Shown here piece after piece: positions 1 through 10,452 of a DNA stretch of 34,640 bases (positions are counted from its first letter, which is position 1; every line of letters begins with the position of its first letter). The stretch comes from Candidatus Heimdallarchaeota archaeon (GTDB lineage: Archaea; Asgardarchaeota; Heimdallarchaeia; Heimdallarchaeales; Kariarchaeaceae): positions 1 to 34,640 of the forward strand of contig WAKA01000061.1 of NCBI GenBank assembly GCA_015523565.1. Reading direction: 5' to 3'. A program made the position numbers and the translations under genes. Under the pieces are notes generated by a model, which had not been told where the DNA came from, made no database searches, and saw nothing but the letters and a program-made list of their open reading frames with translations.

Positions 1-20
1 GAGATGTGTATAAGAGACAG
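1..20 (+). other. Nextera/Tn5 mosaic-end adapter remnant (library artefact)
   Basis: GAGATGTGTATAAGAGACAG is G plus the exact 19-bp Tn5 mosaic end, at the very start of the window. Confidence 0.97.
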
Positions 21-51
21 ATATTATAAGCTACATTCAAATGGAAGATTA

Positions 52-1566
52 ATGGCAGTTGCATTGAAAAAAATTTTGGGTTTATTTTTAATCATAATTT
101 CCATATCATTTCTTTTGGTTTCAGGTCAAAAGGCACTGGATACACCTAAAGAGCTAGGGGATGAAAAACTTTTGGTGTCATTGCCTGAAGGAAGTTCTAG
201 ACTTGTTTTGAAAGGGAATGATACAAATTGGCAATTTACCTTCTTGGAAGGACCACAACAACAAAATGATCCCATAGGAACTTCATACGAGGCAGACCAG
301 ATACTGCATTATGGAACCTTCAACAATATCACAAAACAATTGATAATTGAAAATGTCACCTCTCAACTAGTTTACCCATATCAATATGATTTCGTTGTCG
401 ATAGTGCGGGACGAGTACATACTGCATTTATCACTGGGAAATATACATTGTTTTATGCGGTAAGAGAGACCAATGGGACATGGATTGAACAGCAAGTTAC
501 GGATTCAAGTTATTGGTGGGCATGGTCTCCTGATATTGAGTTGACAAGTGAAGGAAAACCAGTTTTGACATATGTAGTGAGCTATAAATCTAAAGCCAAT
601 GAAATTTTCCCAATGCCCAGCCCATTTGAGTACATTGGAGCACGTTCACTTCATTATGCAGTTTTCAATGGAAGTGCATGGGATACTTACGACGTAATGG
701 GGCAGATAGGAAGCAAGATAACACCAAGCAGGCTATTGGAGATACAGTATCCATCTATATTAATAGAGAATGACACAACCTACTTGGCATTTACAAATAG
801 AATACCCCAAGCAGGGGAGACACAAATATTGTTTGCGAAATTCCCCGCAAATCCAGTATCCGCCACAACCAACAAATCCTTGCAACAATTTGTTTATACC
901 AAGGCATATCGCCTTTTTTCAACGGCAGGGGTTTTTACTTTTCCAAAAATATTTTTGTATGAAAAGTCAGTATATCTTGCAGGAGGCACTTGGATACGGG
1001 GTGGTGCTTGGTATGCATACCTAGAAGATGTCTCCGTTTCTCCAAAAAATGCAACATGGATTAGCGGCATGTATTCAAACGAATATTTAAGCCAAGAAGT
1101 CAGTTCAATGAGCGGGTATTTAAAGGATGGAACAATATTTCTTAGTTGGTCCCCATACTTCCTCTTTGACACCACAAAGAACCGATTTCAGAACGACATC
1201 ATTTTAATAGGAGTAGACATTAAGAAAGGGGCATCTGCCATTGAGAACTTTACATTGACATTTTTGACCGATACCATCAATGTTCGTCATAGTTTTCCAA
1301 ATATATTGGAAACAGAAAATACCATAAATGTGGTGTCTATTTTGTACAATAATACAGATACAGAACCATACCTTTCACTTGCATCAATTGGTCAATTTGA
1401 AACCATTGTCGAGGGAGGAGGATTGGCATTGGGAATTACATTAATTGCAGTTATTGCATTAATTCCAGCATTTCTTTATGTGATTAAAAAAGTCCCAGTA
1501 AGAGAGAAAGATGAGGAAATTCTTCCCCACATGATAAATTTAAAAGATTCTATAACCAGAGATTAA
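52..1566 (+). CDS. Membrane-anchored extracellular protein (possible beta-propeller), function unknown
   Basis: The ORF-track start at 4 lies inside the adapter; ATG 52 gives MAVALKK plus a hydrophobic signal/TM segment. Beta-rich repeats (VVDSAGRVHTAF, IELTSEGKPVLTY), several N-x-S/T sequons and a C-terminal TM helix. Confidence 0.7.
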   Translation: MAVALKKILGLFLIIISISFLLVSGQKALDTPKELGDEKLLVSLPEGSSRLVLKGNDTNWQFTFLEGPQQQNDPIGTSYEADQILHYGTFNNITKQLIIENVTSQLVYPYQYDFVVDSAGRVHTAFITGKYTLFYAVRETNGTWIEQQVTDSSYWWAWSPDIELTSEGKPVLTYVVSYKSKANEIFPMPSPFEYIGARSLHYAVFNGSAWDTYDVMGQIGSKITPSRLLEIQYPSILIENDTTYLAFTNRIPQAGETQILFAKFPANPVSATTNKSLQQFVYTKAYRLFSTAGVFTFPKIFLYEKSVYLAGGTWIRGGAWYAYLEDVSVSPKNATWISGMYSNEYLSQEVSSMSGYLKDGTIFLSWSPYFLFDTTKNRFQNDIILIGVDIKKGASAIENFTLTFLTDTINVRHSFPNILETENTINVVSILYNNTDTEPYLSLASIGQFETIVEGGGLALGITLIAVIALIPAFLYVIKKVPVREKDEEILPHMINLKDSITRD

Positions 1567-1659
1567 GTTGCATATTACGAGTTTTTCTTCTGGTATCTTT
1601 TCTAGACTAAAGTACGAATAATTTTAAGTTAAAGAAATTACAACAGGTTGAGGATTTGA

Positions 1660-3180
1660 ATGGAAACCGTAACATCGAAATCAGTGGCAGAACGTCAAAA
1701 TACACCCATTGGAAGATACATAACTCATATTGCATTTGCAGGAATCATTTTATTGAATTTGATTCCCTTAATTCAGATATATTTAGACGAAACAAAAAAA
1801 AGCAAACTATACAAATTCAACTTGACAAATTTTGAATTTGCATTAATGTCATTCGTTTTGCTGACTTTACTTTATGCGGTAGCAATATATGCACAGCCAA
1901 AAATTTCGAAACATGCAAGACCATTTACTTTTCTTGTTTTGATTTTTCAACCATGGCTAATAATTGTTGCAAACAATAACCTTTTCCTCGCGTATTTTGC
2001 AGGAACCTTTGTGCCTATCCTATATTGGTATTGGATAAGGTTTGGAGAACTCATGAGCCTTTTTGGGAACAGTCTATTCATATTTACTGTAAGACGGCAT
2101 ATCGCAATAATACCAATGTTTATTGCAATTTCATGGTTTACATTCTTTTTACTTAATCAATTGGTTAATCCAGTAGACCTTTTATTAGGGGTTAGGCAAG
2201 TCAGGTTTGGTAAAGAAGAACTAAAGACGTCATTGATGATAAGGTATGGATTAGCAGATGAAAACGGACGACCATATACATTTTGGGAAAGATATATCCA
2301 ATTTCTTAATGGGTTTATTCATGGAGACCTAGGGTTATCGTATAAAGACGGAGTTCCAGTAACTGAAAACATTGGCAATTTGCTTTGGACAACATTAAAA
2401 ATGCAAGTTTCCGCCCTCATTCTTTCTTTTTTCCTAAGTGTCACAATCGGAATCCTAGCTGCATATTACCACCAGACAACTTTAGATTCAATTATTTCAT
2501 CAATTGCCCTTTTGGGTCTTTCAATGCCAATTTTTGTGTCTGGGATTTTGGCAATACTCATTTTCTCAGGAACTGGACTGGGGTGGTTTCCATTTGGAGG
2601 AAACAAATCCCCAGACCATATCATGGAGGAAAAATGTAGTGCATGCGGATTCAAGCCAGATGAAATTTGGAATCAGCTTTGGACCTATGAAAATCAGCAC
2701 TATGGATGGCAAGACATAAATCTTTGGAAGGATTTCTTTCAAGTAAGTTATTTTTATACATATGATAGTATATGGCATCTTGTCTTGCCTGTTTTGACAT
2801 TGACTTTTGCAACAATGGCCACTTTTTCCAGATTGACAAGGGGAACCATGTTGGAAGTATTGAGAGAGGATTATATCCTTGCAGCAAAGGCAAATGGTCT
2901 TTCTGAGAAGAAGATTGTTGTGGATCATGCCTTGCCAAATGTCATGTTGCCGATCACCACCTTTCTAGGACTTAATATTGGTGGGATTTTAGCAGGAGCA
3001 CCAATTACAGAAACAGTATTTACATGGCCAGGATTAGGAAAGGCATACATCGCGGCGATAGGCATATTTGACGGACCAATCATTGTCGGATTAACAATGA
3101 TAATCACATTAATGATCTTGATTGCAAATATGCTAACGGACATCGCATATACAAAACTAGATCCGAGAATTTCTCTTTAG
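1660..3180 (+). CDS. oppB: Peptide/nickel ABC transporter permease (OppB/DppB-like) with N-terminal TM extension
   Basis: GDLGLSY, SMPIFVSG, HLVLPVLTL, EAA-loop EDYILAAKANGL, ITETVFTWPGLG, C-terminal LDPRI. Confidence 0.9.
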   Translation: METVTSKSVAERQNTPIGRYITHIAFAGIILLNLIPLIQIYLDETKKSKLYKFNLTNFEFALMSFVLLTLLYAVAIYAQPKISKHARPFTFLVLIFQPWLIIVANNNLFLAYFAGTFVPILYWYWIRFGELMSLFGNSLFIFTVRRHIAIIPMFIAISWFTFFLLNQLVNPVDLLLGVRQVRFGKEELKTSLMIRYGLADENGRPYTFWERYIQFLNGFIHGDLGLSYKDGVPVTENIGNLLWTTLKMQVSALILSFFLSVTIGILAAYYHQTTLDSIISSIALLGLSMPIFVSGILAILIFSGTGLGWFPFGGNKSPDHIMEEKCSACGFKPDEIWNQLWTYENQHYGWQDINLWKDFFQVSYFYTYDSIWHLVLPVLTLTFATMATFSRLTRGTMLEVLREDYILAAKANGLSEKKIVVDHALPNVMLPITTFLGLNIGGILAGAPITETVFTWPGLGKAYIAAIGIFDGPIIVGLTMIITLMILIANMLTDIAYTKLDPRISL

Positions 3181-3189
3181 GTGAATGAA

Positions 3190-4137
3190 ATGAGTACAAG
3201 CACAGCCCAAGAAAAAAAACAACCGAGGTTAAAAGAGGTCTCTGCCTCTCAGAATCAATGGATTGCAATCATAAATAGATTAAGAAGAAACAAGGTAGCA
3301 ATGCTAGCTTTTTATTATATTACATTAAACGTACTTCTTGCGATTTTTTATCCGCTTCTCATTCAGTTTGGACCCGTTGCGAATGCACCTGGCAAGGATT
3401 CTAAATTTGGAGGGGGAGTAAATGCCCATCCAACCCTCAAATATCCAGGAGGTGTCGATCAACAAGGATTTGATATTTTTTCAAGACTGCTGGCAGGTTC
3501 AGAAGTTTCGATTCTAGTGGGTATTTTTGCCACATTGATTTCAATGGCATTGGGAATTGCAGTAGGATTGATTGCAGGATATTTCCAAGGTAAAGTTGAA
3601 GAGATTTTAATGAGAATTGTTGACTTATTCCTTGCTGTCCCTTCACTCCTTATTGCAATTGTGCTTGTAAGCATTATCACCCAAGGCAAGTCAGACATCC
3701 TTCAAGGAATGCCCACAGTGTGGGTAATCACGTTTGTCATTGGATTTTTTGGATGGGCAGGACTGGCAAGGTTGGTGACTGCAAATGTAAAGCAGGTGTC
3801 TTCATTGGAATATGTATCGGCAGTACGTATCATGGGAGCAAGTAATGTAAGAATATTATTGGTACACATATTTCCCAACGTTCTTGCCCCAATAATTGTT
3901 GTTGGAGCTTTGTTTGTTGCGGGAGCAATTCTATCGGAGGCAGGACTAAGCTTTTTGGGGATTGGTGATCCAAACACTGTTAGTTGGGGAGTGATGGTAT
4001 CACTTTCCAGGCAAACAATGACAACAAATCCAGAACAGGCACTTATTCCAGGATTTGCCATATTCTTTTTGGTATTGGCAATCAATCTGTTTGGAGATGC
4101 ACTGCGAGATGCATTAGACCCCAAATTAAAAGAATAG
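3190..4137 (+). CDS. oppC: Peptide ABC transporter permease (OppC/DppC-like)
   Basis: GVDQQGFDIFSR, EYVSAVRIMGAS, HIFPNV, EAGLSFLGIG, NLFGDALRDALDP; SD AGGTGA before ATG 3190. Confidence 0.92.
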   Translation: MSTSTAQEKKQPRLKEVSASQNQWIAIINRLRRNKVAMLAFYYITLNVLLAIFYPLLIQFGPVANAPGKDSKFGGGVNAHPTLKYPGGVDQQGFDIFSRLLAGSEVSILVGIFATLISMALGIAVGLIAGYFQGKVEEILMRIVDLFLAVPSLLIAIVLVSIITQGKSDILQGMPTVWVITFVIGFFGWAGLARLVTANVKQVSSLEYVSAVRIMGASNVRILLVHIFPNVLAPIIVVGALFVAGAILSEAGLSFLGIGDPNTVSWGVMVSLSRQTMTTNPEQALIPGFAIFFLVLAINLFGDALRDALDPKLKE

Positions 4138-4180
4138 TTCGCTTGAAAAATATTCATAATCTCTTAAAATAAATGAGCAT

Positions 4181-4552
4181 GTGGAAAATAGTCAACTCAT
4201 CATTTTTTTTAAAGAAGGTCTATTTGGCGCATTTTTTGGGATATTGGCAATCATATTGACAGGATCACTTACATTGATCAGTTATTTTTTAATTGGGTTG
4301 ACAACATTTTTGTTTCTTCTTCCAATCATATTAGCAATACAGATTCTTTATTACCTACTTTATTCTTTTTGGACACTATGGTTTGGATTTTCACCATCAT
4401 ATCAAGCCCTTAAACAGAGGATTTCTCGTAAAAGAGTTCAAAAGGAAGACCCAGCAACCCTCACAAGAAAAGGGTTTAGGTATATGGTTTCTGGAATTGT
4501 CATGATGATTCTGTTTCAACCAACTCTTTACATTGTATTCAATCTTTTATAG
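4181..4552 (+). CDS. Small membrane protein, unknown function
   Basis: 123-aa ORF with about 3 hydrophobic segments, co-oriented inside the ABC cluster. Confidence 0.65.
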   Translation: MENSQLIIFFKEGLFGAFFGILAIILTGSLTLISYFLIGLTTFLFLLPIILAIQILYYLLYSFWTLWFGFSPSYQALKQRISRKRVQKEDPATLTRKGFRYMVSGIVMMILFQPTLYIVFNLL

Positions 4553-4615
4553 AAAAATCAGAATAATTCATGTCGTAAGACAAATTACTTAAGAATGCCA
4601 TTTAGATGGTGACTT

Positions 4616-5701
4616 ATGGCTTCTGTAGAACTTTCCTCTTCAGAGCAAACTGAGGTGGAAATATTCCCCGGTTCTCCAAAAGATAGGACAGACGCTATTT
4701 TGGAAGTTAGGAACCTTCGAAAATATTTTCCAATTGAGAGCAAGTCAATCCTATTTTCAAAGGTGGTCGGTCAAATCAAGGCTGTTGATGGAATTGACCT
4801 TCAAATTTTCAAGGGAGAAATCCTCGGATTGGTTGGCGAATCTGGATGTGGCAAGTCGACCCTGTCAAAAACAATAATTGGTTTAGAAAAACCGACAACA
4901 GGACAGGTTCTTTATAGGGATAAAGATATCCATCACCCAAAAAGCAAAACTGAGTCAATGGAAGTAAAAAGAAATATACAAATGGTGTTTCAGGATCCAT
5001 ATAACTCTTTAAATCCCCGTAGGCTAGTCCGAGATACATTGAAAGAGCCATTGATTATCCATAAGCTTGCACCTGGTAGAGAAGAGGAAGTTGTCATTGA
5101 CATGCTTAAAAAAGTTGGATTGGAAGACTATCACGCATTACGCTATCCTCATGAATTTTCAGGGGGACAAAGGCAAAGAATTGGGCTTGCAAGGGCGCTT
5201 ATCATGAAACCAGAGATCATCATTGCAGATGAGCCAGTCTCTGCATTGGATGTGTCTGTTCAGGCGTCAATCTTGAATCTCATGCAGGATCTCCAACAGG
5301 AATTCAATGTCTCAATTATTTTCATCGCACATGACCTTTCGGTTGTCAAGCATGTTTCAAACCGGGTTGCGGTCATGTATCTGGGGCGAATTGTGGAAAT
5401 TGGTCCAACAGACATGGTATTTGATAGACCTGCACATCCTTACACTGTATCATTATTGTCAGCGATTCCATTCCCAGATCCAGACATTAAAAAGAAAAGA
5501 ATAATTTTGGAGGGGGACGTTCCATCCCCTGTCAACCTTCCTGAAGGATGCAGGTTTGCACCAAGATGTTATAAAGCCCAAGAGCTTTGTCACAAGGAAG
5601 AGCCAATGCTACAAGAAATCCGTCCAAACTTATGGGCGGCATGCCACTATCCTGAAGATGAGAAGGTAATATTTTTTGATGTAGTGGAGGAAGAAGCATG
5701 A
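4616..5701 (+). CDS. oppF: Oligopeptide ABC transporter ATPase (OppF-like)
   Basis: Walker A GESGCGKS, FSGGQRQR, ADEPVSALD, HPYT and Cys-rich GCRFAPRC...ACHY tail. Confidence 0.93.
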   Translation: MASVELSSSEQTEVEIFPGSPKDRTDAILEVRNLRKYFPIESKSILFSKVVGQIKAVDGIDLQIFKGEILGLVGESGCGKSTLSKTIIGLEKPTTGQVLYRDKDIHHPKSKTESMEVKRNIQMVFQDPYNSLNPRRLVRDTLKEPLIIHKLAPGREEEVVIDMLKKVGLEDYHALRYPHEFSGGQRQRIGLARALIMKPEIIIADEPVSALDVSVQASILNLMQDLQQEFNVSIIFIAHDLSVVKHVSNRVAVMYLGRIVEIGPTDMVFDRPAHPYTVSLLSAIPFPDPDIKKKRIILEGDVPSPVNLPEGCRFAPRCYKAQELCHKEEPMLQEIRPNLWAACHYPEDEKVIFFDVVEEEA

Positions 5702-6690
5702 AAATCAATATCATAAGAAGCATCATAAGGGGAATGTTTTCTAAAAGGACGGTTTACATAGAAAAGAATGGAAAGGAGGAAAAAGTTGAGAAAATAGTGA
5801 TTGTGGAAAAAATAATTGAAAAAACAAAAAGTATGCTTTCAAGTCCAACACTGGTGTGGTTTGCATCACTCTACTTTTTCTCCTTGCTAAGCATAATAAT
5901 ATTTAATTTAGTAAGGACAGGTTTCGATTTAGCCTCTGTTGCAACTGCTCCAGAATATTACACAGACTTGTTTCTGCATTATGGACTAAATGCTGAATCC
6001 ACTTACCAATCAAAATATTTACATGGATTTTCAAGTTGGCTGTATGCACCATTTGTTGTTGTTTTCATGGGGTTAGCGTTATTCTTCATTAAAGAAGCAG
6101 GATTGGCATTCAATAGCCCATCATTTTCAATAAGTGACATAAACAAAAAGTATGCCTATTTTAGCAAAAACGTGTTTGGGTATGATGTGGTTCTGTTTGG
6201 AAACCAAAAATGGAATGCATTCTATATAGGACAAGTCTGGCTTCCCATTATTGCAGCATGCATTGTTACAATTGCCTATTCAAGACATACAAAGAGAGAA
6301 ACTTGGATTGTCTCAAGATTTTTCATAAGCCTGTTGATTTCATTTTGGCTTGCCACTGACCTAGCAAAGATGACAGATCCAAATTATTATTATGATTGGA
6401 GTCTGTTTTTCCCAACCCTGTTTGAATTCAGATACAATAACAGATTTGTAGCCTACAATGGAGATTATAACCCAATGACTTTAACATTGGTGTTTACCTT
6501 CTTCCAGTTCATTCCAATGATCATGTTAGGAGTTGGCGAACTTGCATATTCAGCAACAAAAACCTACCTGCAGAAAAAACAGATTTTCAAATCAAAAGAG
6601 GAGAGAATTGTCCATATACCCACAAAGGAATTACCTTGGATAAAAGAAAGGAAGAAAACAAAAGCAGAGGAGGAATGGCTTGATGAGTAG
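5698..6690 (+). CDS. Multi-pass membrane protein, unknown function
   Basis: 330 aa, about 5 TM segments; ATGA overlap with oppF and overlap with oppD suggest translational coupling. Confidence 0.75.
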   Translation: MKINIIRSIIRGMFSKRTVYIEKNGKEEKVEKIVIVEKIIEKTKSMLSSPTLVWFASLYFFSLLSIIIFNLVRTGFDLASVATAPEYYTDLFLHYGLNAESTYQSKYLHGFSSWLYAPFVVVFMGLALFFIKEAGLAFNSPSFSISDINKKYAYFSKNVFGYDVVLFGNQKWNAFYIGQVWLPIIAACIVTIAYSRHTKRETWIVSRFFISLLISFWLATDLAKMTDPNYYYDWSLFFPTLFEFRYNNRFVAYNGDYNPMTLTLVFTFFQFIPMIMLGVGELAYSATKTYLQKKQIFKSKEERIVHIPTKELPWIKERKKTKAEEEWLDE

Positions 6691-7702
6691 TGAAACAACA
6701 CATCCAACCCATGAAGATGTCCTTTTGGATGTTAGGGACATCTATACATATTTCAGAACAGAAAGTGGAGTGGTCAAGGCTCTTGATGGTGTATCGTTTG
6801 ATATAAGAAACAATGAAGCGGTCGGAATTGTTGGGGAAAGCGGATGTGGAAAATCAGTTACCGCAAAGTCAATTTTACGGATTCTACCAAAGAACGGAGA
6901 AGTTGTGGCTGGAGAGGTCTATTATCGAGGAGTCAATCTTTTAAACCTAACAGAGCCGCAAATGAGAACAGTCCGGGGAAAAGAAATTGCATTGTTGTTC
7001 CAAGATCCACTGTCATCATTGAATCCTGTTTTAAGTATCAGAGAACAAATGGTTGATGTCATTAGCCTCCATAGGGGAGTGGATGAGGAAGAAGCCGCAG
7101 AAATTGCAGTTAAGATGATGAAAGCGGTCGGAATTCCAGAAGCAGAACAGAGGATAGATGATTATCCTCATCAATATTCAGGAGGTATGAGACAAAGAAT
7201 ACTTATTGCAAGAGCATTGGCATTGGAACCAAGATTGCTTATAGCAGACGAACCCACAACAGCATTGGATGTGACAATTCAGGCCCAAGTCCTTGACATT
7301 ATCCAAAGGATGAGAAAGGAATTGGGGCTTTCACTTATGCTCATTACCCATAACTTAGGAGTCGTCGCAGAAAATACAGATAGGATCCATGTTTTTTATG
7401 GTGGAAGAGTTGTTGAATCAGGACCAACAAGAGATATTTTCAAAGATCCACACCATCCCTATACAATCGCATTGCTTGAGTCAATTCCATCATTTGTCAA
7501 GGGAAAAGGCAGACTGGCAACAATACCAGGATCTGTCCCTCAACTCATTAATCCACCATCAGGCTGCAGATTCCACCCACGATGCAAATATATGACTGAA
7601 GAATGCAAAAAGCGTCCACCACTGGAAAAAATAGGAAAAGACAGATATGTGGCATGCTTCCATGTTGACAAGGTTCTTGCAGATCGAAAGAAGTCCAGTT
7701 GA
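6683..7702 (+). CDS. oppD: Oligopeptide ABC transporter ATPase (OppD-like)
   Basis: GESGCGKS, YSGGMRQR, ADEPTTALDVTIQAQ, HPYT, GCRFHPRC. Confidence 0.93.
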   Translation: MSSETTHPTHEDVLLDVRDIYTYFRTESGVVKALDGVSFDIRNNEAVGIVGESGCGKSVTAKSILRILPKNGEVVAGEVYYRGVNLLNLTEPQMRTVRGKEIALLFQDPLSSLNPVLSIREQMVDVISLHRGVDEEEAAEIAVKMMKAVGIPEAEQRIDDYPHQYSGGMRQRILIARALALEPRLLIADEPTTALDVTIQAQVLDIIQRMRKELGLSLMLITHNLGVVAENTDRIHVFYGGRVVESGPTRDIFKDPHHPYTIALLESIPSFVKGKGRLATIPGSVPQLINPPSGCRFHPRCKYMTEECKKRPPLEKIGKDRYVACFHVDKVLADRKKSS

Positions 7703-7752
7703 ATTAGTTTGTTGCCAAAATATAGATAAACCACCCATAGGATAATATTTTG

Positions 7753-8157
7753 ATGAGCCATAAGATAAGAGTCGTAGTTGCAAAACCAGGACTAGACGGG
7801 CACGACAGAGGGGCAAAAATTGTGGCAAGAGCACTACGCGATGCGGGAATGGAGGTCATTTATACTGGTTTGCATCAAACACCAGAACAGATTGTGGAAG
7901 TTGCACTTCAAGAGGATGCAAATGCCATTGGACTATCTATATTGTCTGGAGCACATAAAGTGCTTTTCAAAAAGGTGATGGATCTTCTGAAGGAGAAAAA
8001 TGCAACAGACATCGTTGTTTTTGGTGGAGGCGTCATTCCAGAGAAGGACATTCCATATCTTAAAGAATTGGGGGTTAAAGAGATATTTGGTCCAGGTTCT
8101 TCGTTACAGGAAATTGTTGATTTTGTCAAAAACAATGTCAAACCAGCAGGAGTATGA
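7753..8157 (+). CDS. Methylmalonyl-CoA mutase small (cobalamin-binding) subunit
   Basis: [12 protein letters not shown] (DxHxxG), [16 protein letters not shown]. Confidence 0.95.
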   Translation: MSHKIRVVVAKPGLDGHDRGAKIVARALRDAGMEVIYTGLHQTPEQIVEVALQEDANAIGLSILSGAHKVLFKKVMDLLKEKNATDIVVFGGGVIPEKDIPYLKELGVKEIFGPGSSLQEIVDFVKNNVKPAGV

Positions 8158-8161
8158 GAAA

Positions 8162-9727
8162 ATGGAAAAGAAAAAATTCTATTCAACATCGGGATTTGAA
8201 ATCCCACCATTTTTGCAAAAATATGAAACTGACCTTTCCCCACCAGGTGAATATCCATTTATCAGGGGACCTTACCCGACAATGTATCGTGGAAGAAGAT
8301 GGACCATGCGGCAATATTCAGGATTTTCCACTGCTAAAGAAACAAATAGGCGTTTTCATCTCCTATTGGAACGGGGACAAACTGGTCTATCTGTTGCTTT
8401 TGACCTGCCAACACAGATGGGATTGGATTCCTCAGACCCTATGGCAGAAGGAGAGGTAGGAAAGGTTGGGGTTGCAATTGACACTGTTGAAGATATGAAA
8501 ATACTTTTTGATGGCATTGATCTTTCGAAAATTTCCACATCAATGACCATCAATGCACCTGCCATTGTCTTACTGGCCATGTACATAGTAGTTGCTGAGG
8601 AAAGTGGGATTGATCCAACCTTAATTTCAGGGACAATACAAAACGACATCCTAAAAGAATATACAGCAAGAGGGACTTACATTTTTCCACCAGAACCATC
8701 CATGCGCCTGATTACCAATATTTTTGAGTACTGTTCCAATCACCATCCAAAGTTCAATACGATAAGTATCAGTGGATATCATATAAGGGAAGCTGGGGCC
8801 ACAGCAGTCCAAGAATTGGCATTTACATTGGCAAATGCAAAAGCCTACGTTAGGGCAGCGATAAAAGCAGGACTTGATGTAGATGTGTTTGCACCAAGAT
8901 TAAGTTTCTTTTTCAATGCACACAATGATTTTTTGGAGGAAATCGCTAAATTCAGAGCTGCAAGGAGAATGTGGGCCAATATCATGAAAAATGAGTTTGG
9001 GGCAAAAAACAAAAAGTCAATGATGCTCCGTTTCCATACACAAACCGCGGGAAGCACATTAACAGCACAACAACCAGAGAACAACATAGTTAGGGTAACA
9101 ATCCAAGCACTCGCAGCTGTTCTTGGTGGAACGCAATCGCTTCATACAAATAGCATGGATGAAGCATTGGCACTACCAACTGACAAATCAGCAACAATAG
9201 CATTGAGGACACAACAAATAATTGCAGAAGAAAGTGGCGTGGCAAATACCATAGACCCATTGGGCGGCTCATATTATATTGAATGGTTGACAGACAAACT
9301 GGAAGAGGAAGCATACAATCTTATTGCGGAAATAGAAAAAGTGGGGGTTATTGAGGCCATCTCCTCTGGAATGATACAAAGAGCAATTCAAGATGCGGCA
9401 TACCAATATCAATTGGAAATAGACACGAAAAAAAGGAAAATAGTGGGAGTCAATTCATATATTCAGGAAGAAAATCTGGAGTTTGATATTCTTGAGGTTG
9501 ACGAGAGTATTCGTGATGATCAAATCAAGATGATTGAAAAAGTCAAGGCAAGCCGTGACAATCAACGAGCAGAAAATGCACTCAAATCATTGAGATCAGC
9601 TTGTGAAGGGAAAGAAAATGTGTTTCCCCATGTATTGGAGGCTGTACGCGCAAGGTGCACTATTGGAGAAATCTGCGGGACAATGAAAGAAGTATTTGGT
9701 ACATACAAGCCAGTGGATACAATATAG
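8162..9727 (+). CDS. Methylmalonyl-CoA mutase large (substrate-binding) subunit
   Basis: [18 protein letters not shown] (Tyr determinant), [12 protein letters not shown] (Arg determinant), [24 protein letters not shown]; start set to ATG 8162, just after the small subunit. Confidence 0.95.
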   Translation: MEKKKFYSTSGFEIPPFLQKYETDLSPPGEYPFIRGPYPTMYRGRRWTMRQYSGFSTAKETNRRFHLLLERGQTGLSVAFDLPTQMGLDSSDPMAEGEVGKVGVAIDTVEDMKILFDGIDLSKISTSMTINAPAIVLLAMYIVVAEESGIDPTLISGTIQNDILKEYTARGTYIFPPEPSMRLITNIFEYCSNHHPKFNTISISGYHIREAGATAVQELAFTLANAKAYVRAAIKAGLDVDVFAPRLSFFFNAHNDFLEEIAKFRAARRMWANIMKNEFGAKNKKSMMLRFHTQTAGSTLTAQQPENNIVRVTIQALAAVLGGTQSLHTNSMDEALALPTDKSATIALRTQQIIAEESGVANTIDPLGGSYYIEWLTDKLEEEAYNLIAEIEKVGVIEAISSGMIQRAIQDAAYQYQLEIDTKKRKIVGVNSYIQEENLEFDILEVDESIRDDQIKMIEKVKASRDNQRAENALKSLRSACEGKENVFPHVLEAVRARCTIGEICGTMKEVFGTYKPVDTI

Positions 9728-9728
9728 G

Positions 9729-10295
9729 CTATAGATCTTTGGTAAGCTCAGTTCCCGCTTCTTTACCTGATTTTGCAAGCTTGACTTCATCTGTAACAAT
9801 GGAGAGAAGTCTGTCCTTGATGTTCCACTTCTTTAAGTAGTGAACAGTGGAGGGATAAAGGTAGTTATCTATGGGCTCATCATTGATGATACCTTCCCTT
9901 ATGGATGTAGCAGAGAAATGCATCCTATCATAAATACCAGTGCCTTGGGTTTTCAACCCCGCTTCTTTGAAAAGATTGACCGTAAATGGATTGTTGCTGA
10001 ACATGATATCAAAAGGAGGAAGGATACGTTTCAAATGGAACACCCATAAAGCATTGTCCAAGATATCTTGAACTGGGATTATCCAGATCCTATCCAAAGG
10101 AATATTTGCGTCTTTTAAGGCTTCACGCACCATAATTAGGCGTTCCCCAGCTGTCAAAGGGTTTTTTCGGGTATGGCTGATTTGAGCGGCGGCAACTGCA
10201 ATCAGCAATTCATCAACTTTTTCCATGATTTCCCTTATCACCCTCACATGTCCACGGTGGATTGGTTGGAATCTTGCAATGAAAAGACCTCGCAC
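9729..10295 (-). CDS. nadM: Nicotinamide-nucleotide adenylyltransferase (archaeal NadM)
   Basis: GTG 10295 gives MRGLFIARFQPIHRGH; also NPLTAGER and SATSIR. Confidence 0.9.
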   Translation of the reverse strand: MRGLFIARFQPIHRGHVRVIREIMEKVDELLIAVAAAQISHTRKNPLTAGERLIMVREALKDANIPLDRIWIIPVQDILDNALWVFHLKRILPPFDIMFSNNPFTVNLFKEAGLKTQGTGIYDRMHFSATSIREGIINDEPIDNYLYPSTVHYLKKWNIKDRLLSIVTDEVKLAKSGKEAGTELTKDL

Positions 10296-10369
10296 AACGA
10301 CATTTCTCAGAAACGCATTTATCATTTTCTGAAAGCATTGGATTTTTTCGTCGCGCATTGCTTCTAAAG

Positions 10370-10447
10370 TTTTAAATGAAACAAGATGTCAATGAGATTG
10401 AAGACTATGCCTATGCAGAGTGCATTAGGCCTCTAGCTTCAGGTGAT
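10370..10447 (+). promoter_or_regulatory. TATA-like box, 5'-leader hairpin (10399-10441) and SD of the rpl3 operon
   Basis: TTTTAAAT at 10370-77; stem TGAAG/CTTCA, CTA/TAG, GCCTA/TAGGC, TGCA/TGCA; AGGTGA at 10441-46. Confidence 0.6.
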
Positions 10448-10452
10448 GCGGA

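Noticed and set aside
1-51. N-terminal MCIRDR extension of ORF1, or a transposon end
   Set aside because: It is the Nextera adapter translated; a library artefact
8000-8161. Long N-terminal extension of the mutase large subunit
   Set aside because: Overlaps the small-subunit gene in another frame; homology starts near ATG 8162
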